A stretch of DNA of 63,908 nt, counting the filler, from Octopus bimaculoides (Eukaryota): assembly GCF_001194135.2 (NCBI RefSeq). It is 6 parts of 6 records of this genome, joined end to end, with 100 filler letters (N's around TTAATTAATTAA, not from the genome) between each part and the next. Parts side by side here need not be neighbours in the genome. Positions count along the whole stretch, not along the records: positions 44,087 to 54,355 come from NC_068982.1; positions 54,456 to 60,340 come from NW_026410429.1; positions 60,441 to 63,908 come from NC_068981.1; 3 more parts are not named here. One strand, written 5' to 3'. The position numbers were made by a program, and so were the translations under genes. Under the pieces are notes generated by a model. The model saw only the letters and a list, made by a program, of their open reading frames with translations, did not search any database and was not told the DNA's origin. Positions 51,985 to 63,820 of the stretch are shown here, piece by piece (the stretch's first letter is position 1; each line of letters starts with the position of its first letter).

Positions 51985-52175
51985 GACAACCCTCCAACCC
52001 ATGGATCTGTTTGGAGAGTCGTTAGTGCAGATCCTACCCGGACCCTTATTTTTACGACACGTGGAAGAAACGTTGGGTCTATTCTTTGACATGTTGGTCC
52101 CCCACTCAGCATTAGAGCAACGTGAATTGAAGTAGTTTGTTCAAGAACACAACACGTCACTCGGTCCAGGAATCG
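51985..52175 (-). mobile_element. SINE family C-like fragment
   Basis: ccactcagcattagagcaacgtgaatt...ttcaagaacacaacacg...ccaggaatcga is the reverse complement of a family C head and central domain. Confidence 0.55.
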
Positions 52176-52949
52176 ATGTCCAATTAATAACGGACGCTTA
52201 TATCCAATTAATTATGAATTATTTGAAGCTACAAAATTTTAAATTATTAATTATCTGGAGTTAAAGCGTTAAGTCTTTCCGTAAAAAATTAACGTGAAAA
52301 ATCAGTTCCTGGTGCACGAATTTTATTAAATCTACGTTATCTTACCCAACAGCACGCCTTCCGCTGCAGAAAATTCTCTTTTAAGGACTGTGTTTCTCAC
52401 CAGGTGGACTAAATACGCTGTAAATTCCTGTGACCAACAGTATCGGGCAAGTAATCATTTACGGTTGGATATAAAACTGTCCGGAACGCACGAAATTATC
52501 GAATATCAGATAGATTTATATCCAGCCGGACGAAACTATTTCTGAAGGTAACGAACATGGAATTAACAGCGTAGGAGTACACACACCTTTTGGAGATTAA
52601 TTGTGACGTGTCCTCTGAAAGGACCATCGCAAATTCTCACCAAAATGCTCAACAAGGATGTGTAAGCATATTATGAATCGGGTGGGGCAAAGACATTAAG
52701 TTTGTACAGTGAAACAATAAACGGAAAATGTCAAATTCTGATAATATGTCATAAAGTAAGTAATTATAATCACAAATCATTGTAAGACTTAAACACGCGC
52801 ACACACATTCTCTTAATTTCTCTTTCTCTTCCTCACACACACACACACACACACATACACACACAAATTCTCACATACATACATATAGACATATACATAC
52901 ACAAACATGTACGCACACACGTGTGTAGAGAGGGAGAAATAGTTAGCGA

Positions 52950-53003
52950 GACAGACAGACAGATAGATAGATAGATTGATAGGTCGGTAGACAGACAGAC
53001 AGG

Positions 53004-53102
<99 letters not shown>

Positions 53103-53255
53103 CCAGACAGACAGACAGACAGACAGACAGATAGATTGATAGACAGATAGATAGGTAAGTAGGTAGGTAGGTAAGTAGGCAGGTAGGTAGGTAGGTAGAT
53201 AGATAGATAGATAGATAGATAGGTAGATAGATAGACAGACAGACAGGCAGACAGA
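52950..53255. repeat. (GATA)/(GACA)/(GGTA) compound tetranucleotide array
   Basis: Direct inspection. Confidence 0.95.
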
Positions 53256-54179
53256 TGTTCAAATATATTTATTGTTCAACAATGTTAGCTTATTAATAAA
53301 TAAACTTCAAAAGTTTATCAGCAAAGAAAAAAAAAACCTGCTAAAACTTCTTACAAATTAAGATATATGACTTGACTTGAAACTCGTTATTAAAGAATAA
53401 TAATAAAAAAAAAAACGTAGTTTTAAAAAGATAACCAACAACATTAGTGTTCGAAGCTTAATTGTAAAGAAGAAAGCAAAAAGAAATAACTGCATGGAGG
53501 AGAAGAAGAAAAATAGACGAGATAAGAGTCTTTCAGCTCAATAAAGTTAAATTGCTTTAAAAGCAATTTTAGACTTTTCCTCTTTGCCGCCAGTTTCCAG
53601 TTTACACTCTTAATGATCCATCAATTAAATATGCTAATACCCACTTACCTATTGGTTTTATTTGATTTTTATTTATTTATTTATTTATATTTTTATTTTT
53701 ATTTTATATTTATTCTTTTTTTATTTGTATATATATATATTTATTTATTTATTTATTTATTTGTTTTTGAGATGGTGCCTTCTTATTTAATTTCTAAATA
53801 TTTCTGTTTTTTCCACACCGGCAAATATATTTCATTATATTTGCTGCGTTAAAAACAATTATTCTTCTTTGTTAGAACTAATTATATTTACTAAATAATT
53901 TGTATTCCATCAATTCACATGCTAGATAAAGACTTATACTTCGCTGATGAAGCTGGCAAGTGGTGAACAATTTTCCTGACTCGATAGAGTTCAGGGTTAG
54001 ACAAAATCCCTTGCTGAATAAATTACGATTCTCTGGTTGCTAGGCTTTACTCATCGCCCGGTTTAATGCCACCACCTGGTTTTTAGATGCCTTTAACAGA
54101 AGAATTCGGGCTAGGTTTCCGGTTTCAAGATGGTTTCGTCAATTCTTTCCATCTATCTTAGAGGCCCTTAAAAAAATGG

Positions 54180-54330
54180 CTCTGTGTTAAGAAGTCTGTT
54201 TCCCAACATCATGGTTCCGGGTTCATTCCCACTTCGTGACATCTTCGACAAGTGTCTTCTACTAAAGTCTCAGGCCGACCAAAGCATTGTAAGTTAATTT
54301 GGTAGATGCAAACTGAAAGAAGCCTGTAGT
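54180..54330 (+). mobile_element. SINE family A 5' half, diverged
   Basis: cccaacatcatggttccgggttcattcccact...caagtgtcttctact...gccgaccaaagc...aactgaaagaagcctg. Confidence 0.8.
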
Positions 54331-54399
54331 ATATACATATATATATATATATATANNNNNNNNNNNNNNNNNNNNNNNNNNNNNNNNNNNNNNNNNNNN

Positions 54400-54411
54400 T
54401 TAATTAATTAA
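54400..54411. other. Assembly linker TTAATTAATTAA
   Basis: Centred in a 100-bp N spacer. It truncates the Gypsy 3' end. Confidence 0.95.
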
Positions 54412-54455
54412 NNNNNNNNNNNNNNNNNNNNNNNNNNNNNNNNNNNNNNNNNNNN

Positions 54456-55500
54456 TACGTCACATCGGACAGGCGATTCATCACCATAGAAGGCTCTTCC
54501 CATGGACTCTGCAGCTTCGGTGACTGCCCTCTTTTTCGCCGGGGGTTATGAAACCACACTTCATCGCCCTCCTTAAAGTTGATCTTACTAGCCCTGGCGT
54601 CGTGTCGATGCTTCATCACTTCACCCAAAAACTTCAGGGCTTCTCTAACTTGCTGGTGTACCTCAGTCAGACTTTATTGCAGATACTTCACATAGCTGGA
54701 GGTTTCCCTGGGCAGTTCCTCCCCCGGTGGTCTTCCCATTAACAGATCAACCGGTAGCCTTACTTCATGGCCCAACATCAGCTTCGCAGGTGTATAGCCA
54801 GTAGACTCGTGTGTCGCCGATCGATATGCGAGCAATAGCGCAGGTAGCTTCAGATCCCATTCCAACTGTCCATCTACACTATATTTAGCCAGTTCCTGCC
54901 CCAGTGTCCAGTTAAACCTCTCCACCATCCCGTCCAACTGTGGTCTCATTGGGGTTGTTCTGGTCTTCTTAATCCCCAACAGCTTACAACACTCCTGGAA
55001 CACAGCTGATTCAAAGCTCCTACCTTGATCGCAATGTAACTCCTGGGGCACCCCGAACCGGCAGAAGAACTGATCTACCAATACCTGTGCGACCGTTGTA
55101 GCTTCCACATCAAGGATGGCATAGGCCTCAGGCCACTTCGTGAAGTAGTCCATGGCCAACATATGTACTTGTTTCCTCTTTCCGTGAGTGGCAACGGCCC
55201 AGCAATATCCACAGCTACCCTTTCCATGGGTACGCCCACCTGGTATAACTGCAGAGGGGCACACCCCCGCTTCTTCAGTTCCTTCTTGGCGCAACACACA
55301 TCACAAGATCGGCACCATTCCTGGACGTCCTGACGCATGCCCGTCCAATAGAATCTATGCCGCAGCCAATTCAAGGTTTTCTTCACTCTCAGATGTCCAC
55401 TTGTAATTTGGTTGTGAGCTTCTTCCAGCAGCTCAGGTCTAATCTTCTTGGGTATCACCAATTGCCAATACTTATTAAGGCCATCTGGTGTCTCCCAGCA
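54456..55500 (-). pseudogene. pol: Gypsy integrase (HHCC, core, GPY/F region)
   Basis: AHNQITSGHL...RFYWTGMRQDVQEWCRSCDVC; MDYFTKWPEA, LHCDQGRSFES, PQLDGMVERFN; FKEGDEVWFHNP...KLQSPWEEP. Confidence 0.93.
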
Positions 55501-55879
55501 CCTCTCAAGCAGCCCATCATTCAGACGAAGAAAGTCCCACTGGCCCCAATAGCTCTTAGTTTCAGGGCTGGACCTGTATACCTCCTTGCAAGGTGGTCTC
55601 GCTGATTCCTGCTGCAGCCACTCTACCACTGGCCCTAAATCAGCATCTTCCATCTGCCTCTTTTGCACTTCTCCGGTTGACACATGCCCAGTCACCGTAG
55701 TACGTTTGCACGTTTTACTGTGCTCTTCTCTTCCTGCACAATGCTTGCAGTGCGGTTCACAAGGACGACAACTCAAACTGTCAGCATTACCATGTACCCG
55801 CCCTGGACGGTGCTGTACCTCAAAGTTGTGTTGGTCTAGTTTCCCTAGCCATCGTGCTAGTTGTCCCTCCGGGTTCCGC

Positions 55880-56201
55880 AGTGTTCTCAGCCACTTGAGT
55901 GCTGCATGGTCTGTTCTGATGACAAAGTGGGAACCATACAGGTACGGAAAGAAGTCAACGCTCTTCATCACCGCCAAAATCTCCTTACGGGTTACACAGT
56001 AGTTTCACTCAGGTGGACTGAGCTTTTTCTGTAATACGCCACCACATATTCCTTGTCGCCCTTCCTCTGAGACAGTACTCCGCCAATACCATGGCTACTG
56101 GCGTCACAGTCCAGTATGAAAGGCTTGCTCAGGTCCGGGTACGGCAACACTGGAGAACTCACCAATGCCTGTTTGAGCCCATCAAAAGCGCCCTGTGTCA
56201 T
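55880..56201 (-). pseudogene. pol: Gypsy RNase H
   Basis: PFILDCDASSHGIGGVLSQ...YVVAY and FVIRTDHAALKWL. Confidence 0.92.
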
Positions 56202-56211
56202 GGCAGTCCAC

Positions 56212-56947
56212 TCAAACTTCTAAGTTCTTCCCCAGTAGCTTGTGCAGCGGTGCAGCCACTGTTTCAAAGTCTTTTACAAAGCGCCTGTAATAGGTGCACA
56301 GTCCTAGGAAACTCCTCAACTCCTTTACACAAGTAGGGACTGGCCAATCCTTCACGGCGGTCACCTTCTCTGGGTCAGTACGGACACCGTCTTCGCCCAC
56401 AATATGTCCCAGGTACTTTACTTCCTCTGAAACAGACAGCATTTCTTCAGGTTCAACTTGAGGTTTGCAGTTCGAAACCTCTCAAACACCCCTGATAACC
56501 TTTCCAGTTCCTGATCAAATGTCCGACCGAACACTATGACGTCATCAAGACAGATGAGGGCGGCCTGCCAGTGTAGGCCCTCCAGTACCCGGTCCATGAG
56601 ACGCTCGAATGTTGCAGGGGCGTTACACAAGCCGAATGACATCACATTGAACTGCCACAAACCCCGTCTGTATGAAAATGCAGTCTTCTCCCTATCTTTT
56701 TCAGCAACCTTGATTTAATGGTATCCGGCTTTCATATCAAGGTAGAGAACCACGGAGCCCCTGCCAAAGCATCAAGCATGTCGTCAATTCTCGGTAGAGG
56801 ATACGCATCCTTAACCGTCACTTCATTGAGCGCTCGGTAATCCACACGGCATCTCATTGTGCCGTCTTTCTTCCGCACGAGAACAACTGCTGATGACCAG
56901 GGACTGTTCGACTTTTCAACTACTCCCTGTCGTCGATATTTCTCCAT
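56212..56947 (-). pseudogene. pol: Gypsy reverse transcriptase
   Basis: [63 protein letters not shown] (YLDD to CLDD), YLGHIV, LRSFLGLCTYYRRFV. Confidence 0.95.
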
Positions 56948-57589
56948 TTGCTGTCACTGAACTGGGGCCATCCTCCGATCTGGCTGCTTGATCAGGTGAT
57001 GGCTGCCCGTGTCGATATGGTACTCCACCAGGTCCGTTCATCCAAGGTCCAGATCTCCAGCAGAGAACATATCAGCATACTTCGCTAGTAGCTTCCTCAA
57101 CCGCAACACCTGAGCGCCATCTAAGCACTGGCGACTCCATGCGAACAGATCTTGTAAATGCACAGGCAGATCACCACCTCCTTCAACTACTCTCCTGCAG
57201 TTACGCAACTGACCCTGCCGCTGGTCCACTACCTGGCACAGTCCCACAATTTGTTCTTTACAAATCTTCTGTGCCACTCTCGAAAAATTGTCTGTCACAA
57301 CCAGCACTTCATCAGTTCCTGCTTCCACCAGGGTTCGTCCGACCGCCACTCCAGCCTTTATCTTGCATCGTCTGTCGGGCTCCACCAGCCCCAGACAGCC
57401 ATCAATCGNNNNNNNNNNNNNNNNNNNNNNNNNNNNNNNNNNNNNNNNNNNNNNNNNNNNNNNNNNNNNNNNNNNNNNNNNNNNNNNNNNNNNNNNNNNN
57501 NNNNNNNNNNNNNNNNNNNNNNNNNNNNNNNNNNNNNNNNNNNNNNNNNNNNNNNNNNNNNNNNNNNNNNNNNNNNNNNNGGTATTACC

Positions 57590-57910
57590 GTCGTCCGTAG
57601 CTCTCTTACCTCGCTACCGGGCGTGGTCCGTTTTACCACCTTAACAGGGACTGGTCTGCCCCGTACCGAAAGCTTCATAGAACGCAAGTCCAGCTGACAA
57701 GCCATCAACGTCAAATAATCCAATCCCAAAATACACGGATCCTTCATCTCTACCACATAAACAGGAAGCACAACTTTAATGTCCGGTAACACCACACAAT
57801 TGCTGCGATGACTCTGGCAGGTCTAGATGCTGCAACACATCGGATCTCACAAAAGTCTGTCCTGAGGCCGAATCGATCACCAGAGAACACGTCCGGTCAT
57901 TAACTCTCCC
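57590..57910 (-). pseudogene. pol: Gypsy aspartic protease
   Basis: CSLVIDSASGQTFVR (D-S-A in place of DTG) and VYVVEMKDPCILGLDYL. Confidence 0.8.
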
Positions 57911-58069
57911 ACTCACTCGTATGCTGTCAATCACGGACCCTGCTCGCCGTCTTGAGTGTGGGGCTTCTTTGGAATGTCTGGCTGGTGGCTGCCCCTTAAC
58001 ACCAGCTCCTCTTAGTTTTCCGACTCTCTTTCCTTATTTTTCACTACCTTTTCCTTAGTTCTTGTTGGG

Positions 58070-58485
58070 CAGTCATAGCTCATGTGTCCCATTTTTCCAC
58101 ATGTTCAGCACTCGCCCTTAAAAGCAGACCCTGCCCTATCCTTCTGTTTCTTCTCTCTCTTCAAGCTGTAACAATCCTGCCGCTTGTATCCAGGTCTCCC
58201 ACAGTGCCAGCAACACACACCAGTCATCTCTTCATTCTGTTCACAAAGTTCACGACTATTCCCAAGTCCTTCAGCTTCATGGACTTTTCCTCTCTGGAAT
58301 CCGGAGCTGTCACTCACCCAGAAATTTCCGGTGCTAGATTTAATATAGGACTCGAATTCCAGAGCCCTAGCCAGCGTTTCCTGCATCATACCTGGCCGTG
58401 TCTGCACTGATCGCTTCTCCTTGACTGCCCTTTTGTCCATTTCGCTACCCGTACATATCAGGTAATCAGCCAGAAAGAAAGACAT
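58070..58485 (-). pseudogene. gag: Gypsy gag C-terminus with two zinc knuckles
   Basis: QETLARALEFESY, CWHCGRPGYKRQDC (H to Y) and C*TCGKMGHMSYDC (internal stop). Confidence 0.8.
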
Positions 58486-58760
58486 ACCGTACGTAACAGT
58501 GCTATGTCCCTTTCCTCCAAAGGTGGGCTACTCTTTCATTGTTCCTATCTCCTTTAAACTCTCGGTGACCGGAGAGGGTCAGAGATCAAGTTCCTACGGC
58601 CATAAATAACCGTGCTCGTTGACAGGACAAAGGAAATACCAGTGTCCTAAACAACTAGAACACGGTTTCAAACCCAGCTCATGGAAGAGGGACATAACCT
58701 TTTTTTTTTTTCTTTTTTCGGCGGTCGTATCAATATATTGAAAACAGAACACAAAGGATA

Positions 58761-58861
58761 TTGTGGTACACGTGTTTCAAGCTTTATAAACAATCTATCA
58801 TTACATCAGTATATGTATATTGTTGATATAAAGGATGGTTTAAAGCTATCTTCAGCCGCAA
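58761..58861 (-). ncRNA. Type I hammerhead ribozyme-like motif, large loop-2 family, copy 2
   Basis: Minus strand: UUGCGG-CUGAAGA-U-AGCUUUA-(54 nt)-UAAAGCU-U-GAAACACGUGU-A-CCACAA. Same core as copy 1, one C.A mismatch in stem I. Confidence 0.62.
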
Positions 58862-59802
58862 ACATTGCTAGTCCAAAGATTACATCACAAAGAAAAAGAA
58901 AAAGTCCACTTAGTATTACCCATTATAATAGGTTTATCCCATTCCTTTAAACTGTTATATCTGCATAAAGGTTCGTTGGATTTCAGAAATCTGCCCATAC
59001 TGTACCACAATTCAGCATAGAGTGAATGTTGAATAGATTGGATTATATTTAACTAGTGTGTATAAGATAGAAAGAGAAAATCAAAAGTAAAAAATAAAGT
59101 AAAAAATAAAATAAAATATAAAAGTAATAGAAGTCAAACCAAGAGAAATAAAAGTAAAAATAAGGATAATAAAGTTAGATACATATATAAATAAGATTTA
59201 GCAATATTGGAATAAAGTAACAAAAGAAATGAAAGAAATAAAACCATAAAGTAGAATAAGAGATAAAATACTATACATATATATATATATATATATATAN
59301 NNNNNNNNNNNNNNNNNNNNNNNNNNNNNNNNNNNNNNNNNNNNNNNNNNNNNNNNNNNNNNNNNNNNNNNNNNNNNNNNNNNNNNNNNNNNNNNNNNNN
59401 NNNNNNNNNNNNNNNNNNNNNNNNNNNNNNNNNNNNNNNNNNNNNNNNNNNNNNNNNNNNNNNNTATTGGGCCATCGAAAAAATTTTCATAGCATTTTCA
59501 TGGCATTTTTCTCGATGGCCTGATAACTGAAGAGATACCAGCGTGGGTTTCTACCCTGACATCTGAAACTCGGAGTTTTATCATGGCTACCGAATAATTG
59601 TCACATATTATATTTACTTGTTTTATAGATACTTCTGTCAAAAATTCTTAATTTGTTTTTCACCTATTCACTTATATTGGCTGAACTATGTAAAATGTTA
59701 CAGAAAAAAATCTTGTTGGTTCTTGCACTAAATACATCTAAATGAAAATTTTTTCCATGGACCCTTGAAATATTACTTGTGGATCCCTAATTTTTGCATA
59801 TG

Positions 59803-59977
59803 TGGACCTCCAAAATCTTATATGGTTATTTTGCTTACATGCTTCCACCCCACCAAATCTTATATGGGCTATTTTGCTTACATGGACCCCAAAAATCTTA
59901 GATGGACTATTTTGCCTACGTGAACCCTCTCAATTCTTATATGGACTATTTTGCCTGTGGACCCCTAAAAATCTTAT
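59803..59977. repeat. ~38-bp minisatellite (~4.5 units)
   Basis: Consensus tggacccc-aaaatcttatatggactattttgcctac, with diverged units. Confidence 0.85.
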
Positions 59978-60160
59978 TTTGAATATAGAACTTAATCTTA
60001 AAAGCCTTTCTTTTTACTGGACCAATAATTAATGAGAACGAAAAGAGACCAACACCAGCAGTCAAGCCATGAATTACAAGTACACACACACCCACATACG
60101 TGCGTACATGTGTGTATACATATGTGTGTCTGTGTCTGTATGTGTGTGTCTGTGTCTGTA

Positions 60161-60191
<31 letters not shown>

Positions 60192-60384
60192 CAAAGACAA
60201 CCTTTCTCTCCAATTTAAATTGGATGTTATAACAAAACACAGAACACTGTGTTATTTACCTTGAGAGGACCTCTCATATAGACTCGTGCAGTATAAAAGC
60301 ACTCATATTTATACAGCATATGGGCGATTTTGCCTTCATGNNNNNNNNNNNNNNNNNNNNNNNNNNNNNNNNNNNNNNNNNNNN

Positions 60385-60396
60385 TTAATTAATTAA
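60385..60396. other. Assembly linker TTAATTAATTAA
   Basis: Centred in a 100-bp N spacer. Confidence 0.95.
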
Positions 60397-61124
60397 NNNN
60401 NNNNNNNNNNNNNNNNNNNNNNNNNNNNNNNNNNNNNNNNGACACACATGTGTACAAATAGTTACGTCTTTGAGACGTATCGAACTGTATAGATAAAGAT
60501 TATTAATGTGTGATGTTTCTGAATGTATAGAGTTCAGCCAATGATCTGTGAGATTAGAAAGAAGTCTGCTACCATATTTTTCAGCAAGGATTTTCAGAAG
60601 AATTTATCAAAAATGATTACATTTCGGACTTATTGATTAACATAATCAAATGTTAAGTGAAGATTTTATACTTTACTATACATCTTATTGAGCCACCTGA
60701 ATATGTGGGTGTATTTTCGACAATGTTACAGCTTAGAGAGCTGTTGAAACTTTACTTTTCCTCAGCCTCCAGACGTATTGGGTTAATGTAGAGTTAATCC
60801 TATATTACATTTTGAAGAAGTGTGTATGCTCTATGTATTTTCCATTAATCCCATGTAACTCCTCTCAATATCAAGTCATTCGTGTTTTTTTTTTCTCTCT
60901 ACGCAAGTAAACGCAGTTGTGAAACACTTGTTAAGTGAATTTTAAGTGGTGATATTACGTAGAGTATTTTTGATATAATAGGAAACCATCAAAGTAAAAC
61001 AAGCCCGCGCATGCCCAAAGTACACAGAGCTGCGTTCAGGTGTTCGGTGAAAGTGCGTTATTTAAACTACTTTTAGAATGAAAATAATGGTTTTTGATTC
61101 AGACAAAAAAAAAGGAGACAGTTA

Positions 61125-61270
61125 ATCGATATCAAGGACTCCAGTACTTAAATGATACCTTATTCTATCGAATCTGAAAGAATGAAAGACAACGTTGACA
61201 GCATTGAGGGCGATAGGGTTTGAAGTCAGAGTGTTAAGAACCGGAACAAATACCGCAAAGCATTTTTTTC
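61125..61270 (-). mobile_element. SINE family B fragment
   Basis: ttaatcgatatc...ccagtactta...attctatcgaatctgaaagaatgaaagacaacgttgac...gtttgaagtcagag. Confidence 0.55.
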
Positions 61271-62389
61271 ACAACCATCGGAGCACTCCTTACGTCCGCA
61301 GGTCCGCGAGATGGTTGTTACTTGTAAGCAGTTTTGAGTAGGAACCGGAAAAAGAAGTATGAACACGCAATGCACATGTCACATCTCGCTGTTTTAATTA
61401 TGCAGATAACACCATGTTTCTATTGACAGTGAAAATCTCCGTTTCTGTGCAACTACACTGCTACCTAACGGAAATGTCAAAGTGACGTTAGAAAATAACC
61501 CGAAAATCAAAGACTATACAAGATGACAATACTATTCTTATCTACAAAAACAAGGACAATTTAAGTCGTTCTCTTTGAAAAAGCCTTTTCATGTAGCTTT
61601 GTTGCAATTTTCTTGTTTTGATGCTCTGACAATCTTGTTAGTTCACTGATAATTAGTGTGTTGCTCGTTTCATATATGACGAGTATGGAGATATACTTTT
61701 GTCATCACGAGTAATAGCGTGAAACATGGCGTATATACAATAATTATGATTTAGCTTTTATTGAATTTGCCATTCTCTTTGCTTTCATTTTCTCTTCTGT
61801 ACTAATGTCCATTGTTTTAATTGCTTAGATTTCTCCATTTTGGAGTTTCATGAAACAATTCATTGAAAGAACTTTTACGCATACACTTTGTGGCATTCGT
61901 TTCACTCGATAATATGGTCCAAGCGTTGTAACTGTGATGTACTTGTCTAGAGATGGTATATAAGCTGTTTAAATAATTGCTAAGAAAACAATAATTTTGA
62001 AAGAAGGATAAAAATGTTACTAGTGTTAGGTTTTGCTACTTTTCTTATAAGTATTCGACAATTGAAGAATATTACATGCTATAACAATATATCGGCTGCT
62101 TTTATAGCCACGTGACACTTACACTCACAAACCTTTGTCATCGGATCATAGACCACATAGAAACGACAAAATTCTGAAGAACAGTGTTGTATTGCTTCTA
62201 GAATATACTACAAAGCAGTAAATAAGTCAGTTTAATTAACCTGAGGAATCAAAGTATTTATACTACACATGTAGAATCTCACGATTGTCTGCAAAAATCC
62301 ATGTATATTTTTGTAGTACATTACTGATTTTACATTCACATACTTACACAAACATGTATCGCATATCTAAAGCTTGGTACTCTGCCGAA

Positions 62390-63115
62390 TTTGTTTCTTT
62401 ATAATGTTCCTGATAGACTCGTTTCTGATTTTGTTTGATAAGTCTGTACAATCTGTACTGCTCAATTCTCTGTTCATATCTCTTTAGTTTATGTGCTTTA
62501 GCTTTCAACCCCTGTTTTAATTCCTCATTCACAACATTGATTCCCTTTCTCTTCACCATATACTTCTTCTCTAGCTCAACGTATTTCTCTCGCTGAACTT
62601 AATTTCCCTTTTTCCGTTCCAGAATATTAATATGCTTTCTGGTCTCGTTAATAGACTATGTTATTCTCCTTTTCCACCATGGTTCCTCCAGGTTGTGTTG
62701 ACATTTACCTTTGGCTGCCAAACCTAACTTCCATCACTGACAGGATCTCTACCCTAGGGTATAGGATTCCTGTAATCCTGGTTTAACTTTTGGAGTTGCC
62801 GTCTCCTTTTTCCACACTTCTCCTGTTGGTTTTGTGAAGGAGCCGGGCTTGATTGTCAGGGGACAATTTCTCACCACTGTAACTAAGGAGTCCTATCTTC
62901 CCCAGTTTTTAAATCAGAGTATTCCTTATCCTAGACAGACTGTCAACCAAGGCTCCCGAGTTCAGTCTACCAGTTTTCAGAATGGCCGTTGACTCTTTTA
63001 AGTTCCTCTGCCCTTTGCCGGGTTTTGTTTTTACTCCTGCAGTGCGTCGAAAACCCACTCTCCTCACCAAGCAAGCATAGTGGGGTTGCCGGTTTAGTCA
63101 CCGATGATTCGGCAG
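62390..63115 (-). mobile_element. R4/Dong-type LINE 5' portion (leader plus pre-RT ORF fragment)
   Basis: EPWWKRRIT*SINETRKHINILERK...[59 protein letters not shown], typical of the R4-clade region upstream of RT. Begins directly at the TAA array. Confidence 0.75.

Positions 63116-63200
<85 letters not shown>
63116..63200. repeat. (ATT)n / minus-strand (TAA)~28
   Basis: Pure trinucleotide run between two R4-type pieces. Confidence 0.97.
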
Positions 63201-63202
<2 letters not shown>

Positions 63203-63811
63203 TTTGCACAGCTTCTAACGCTGGAGATGTACTACAGTGTCAGCTGTTCATTATCAGTGAACTAGGGTAACACCTCTTATTTTTCGAGCACCTTCCGGAG
63301 TATTCGAGCAGTTCCAGGCAGTGCTGTTTTATGCAAGTGCTCCACCCTTATTGCAGCCCCTATTTGTTCTACGTACTTCTCGAGATTTTTTCTCACTGTT
63401 CCCAGGGCTCCGACTATTATTGGTACTACTGCTATCTTTTTCATCGACCGCAACTGCTCAACTTCCCAAGCTAACCTGTCATATCTCTCGACTTTTCTTT
63501 CTTCCTTATCGCATACCTTGTTTTCAGCAGGGCATGCTGTATCTATGATCTAGCATACTTTGCTTTCTTTCTCAATTAAAACTATGCCCGGCTTCCTATT
63601 CTCTATCCCATAGGATCTTTGCATTTCTATTTTCGACGATGCCTTCAGGTTTTTGGTCGTACCAACATTTTGCTCTGTCAAGTCCATGCTTGTTTCAGAG
63701 TGTCCAATAGACAAGCCTGGCTATATTGTCATGGCGTCTCTTATATTCCTTCTGGGCTAGTGGCGTACATTGGCTGGTAATATGCTATACGGTTTCACCG
63801 TTTTGTCCACA
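63201..63811 (-). mobile_element. R4/Dong-type LINE 3' portion (CCHC plus restriction-like endonuclease), 5'-truncated
   Basis: CGQNGETV*HITSQC..LAQKEYKRRHDN, KILWD, RKPGIVL...IIDTACP (PD..D decayed), VVPIIVGALG, LHKTALPGTARILRKVLEK*. Confidence 0.9.
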
Positions 63812-63820
63812 TTATTATCA

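Larger units (their letters stand above)
54456..58485 (-). mobile_element. Decayed Ty3/Gypsy LTR-retrotransposon body (gag-PR-RT-RH-INT), no LTRs visible
   Basis: Domain order PR-RT-RH-INT on the minus strand, split over about 10 ORF fragments by frameshifts and stops. Confidence 0.95.

Noticed and set aside
62830-63115. HDV-like ribozyme in the R4-type 5' leader
   Set aside because: Such ribozymes are known at some non-LTR 5' ends, but I could not fit P1/P1.1/P2/P3 in the required order by hand. It needs an RNArobo or Infernal search.
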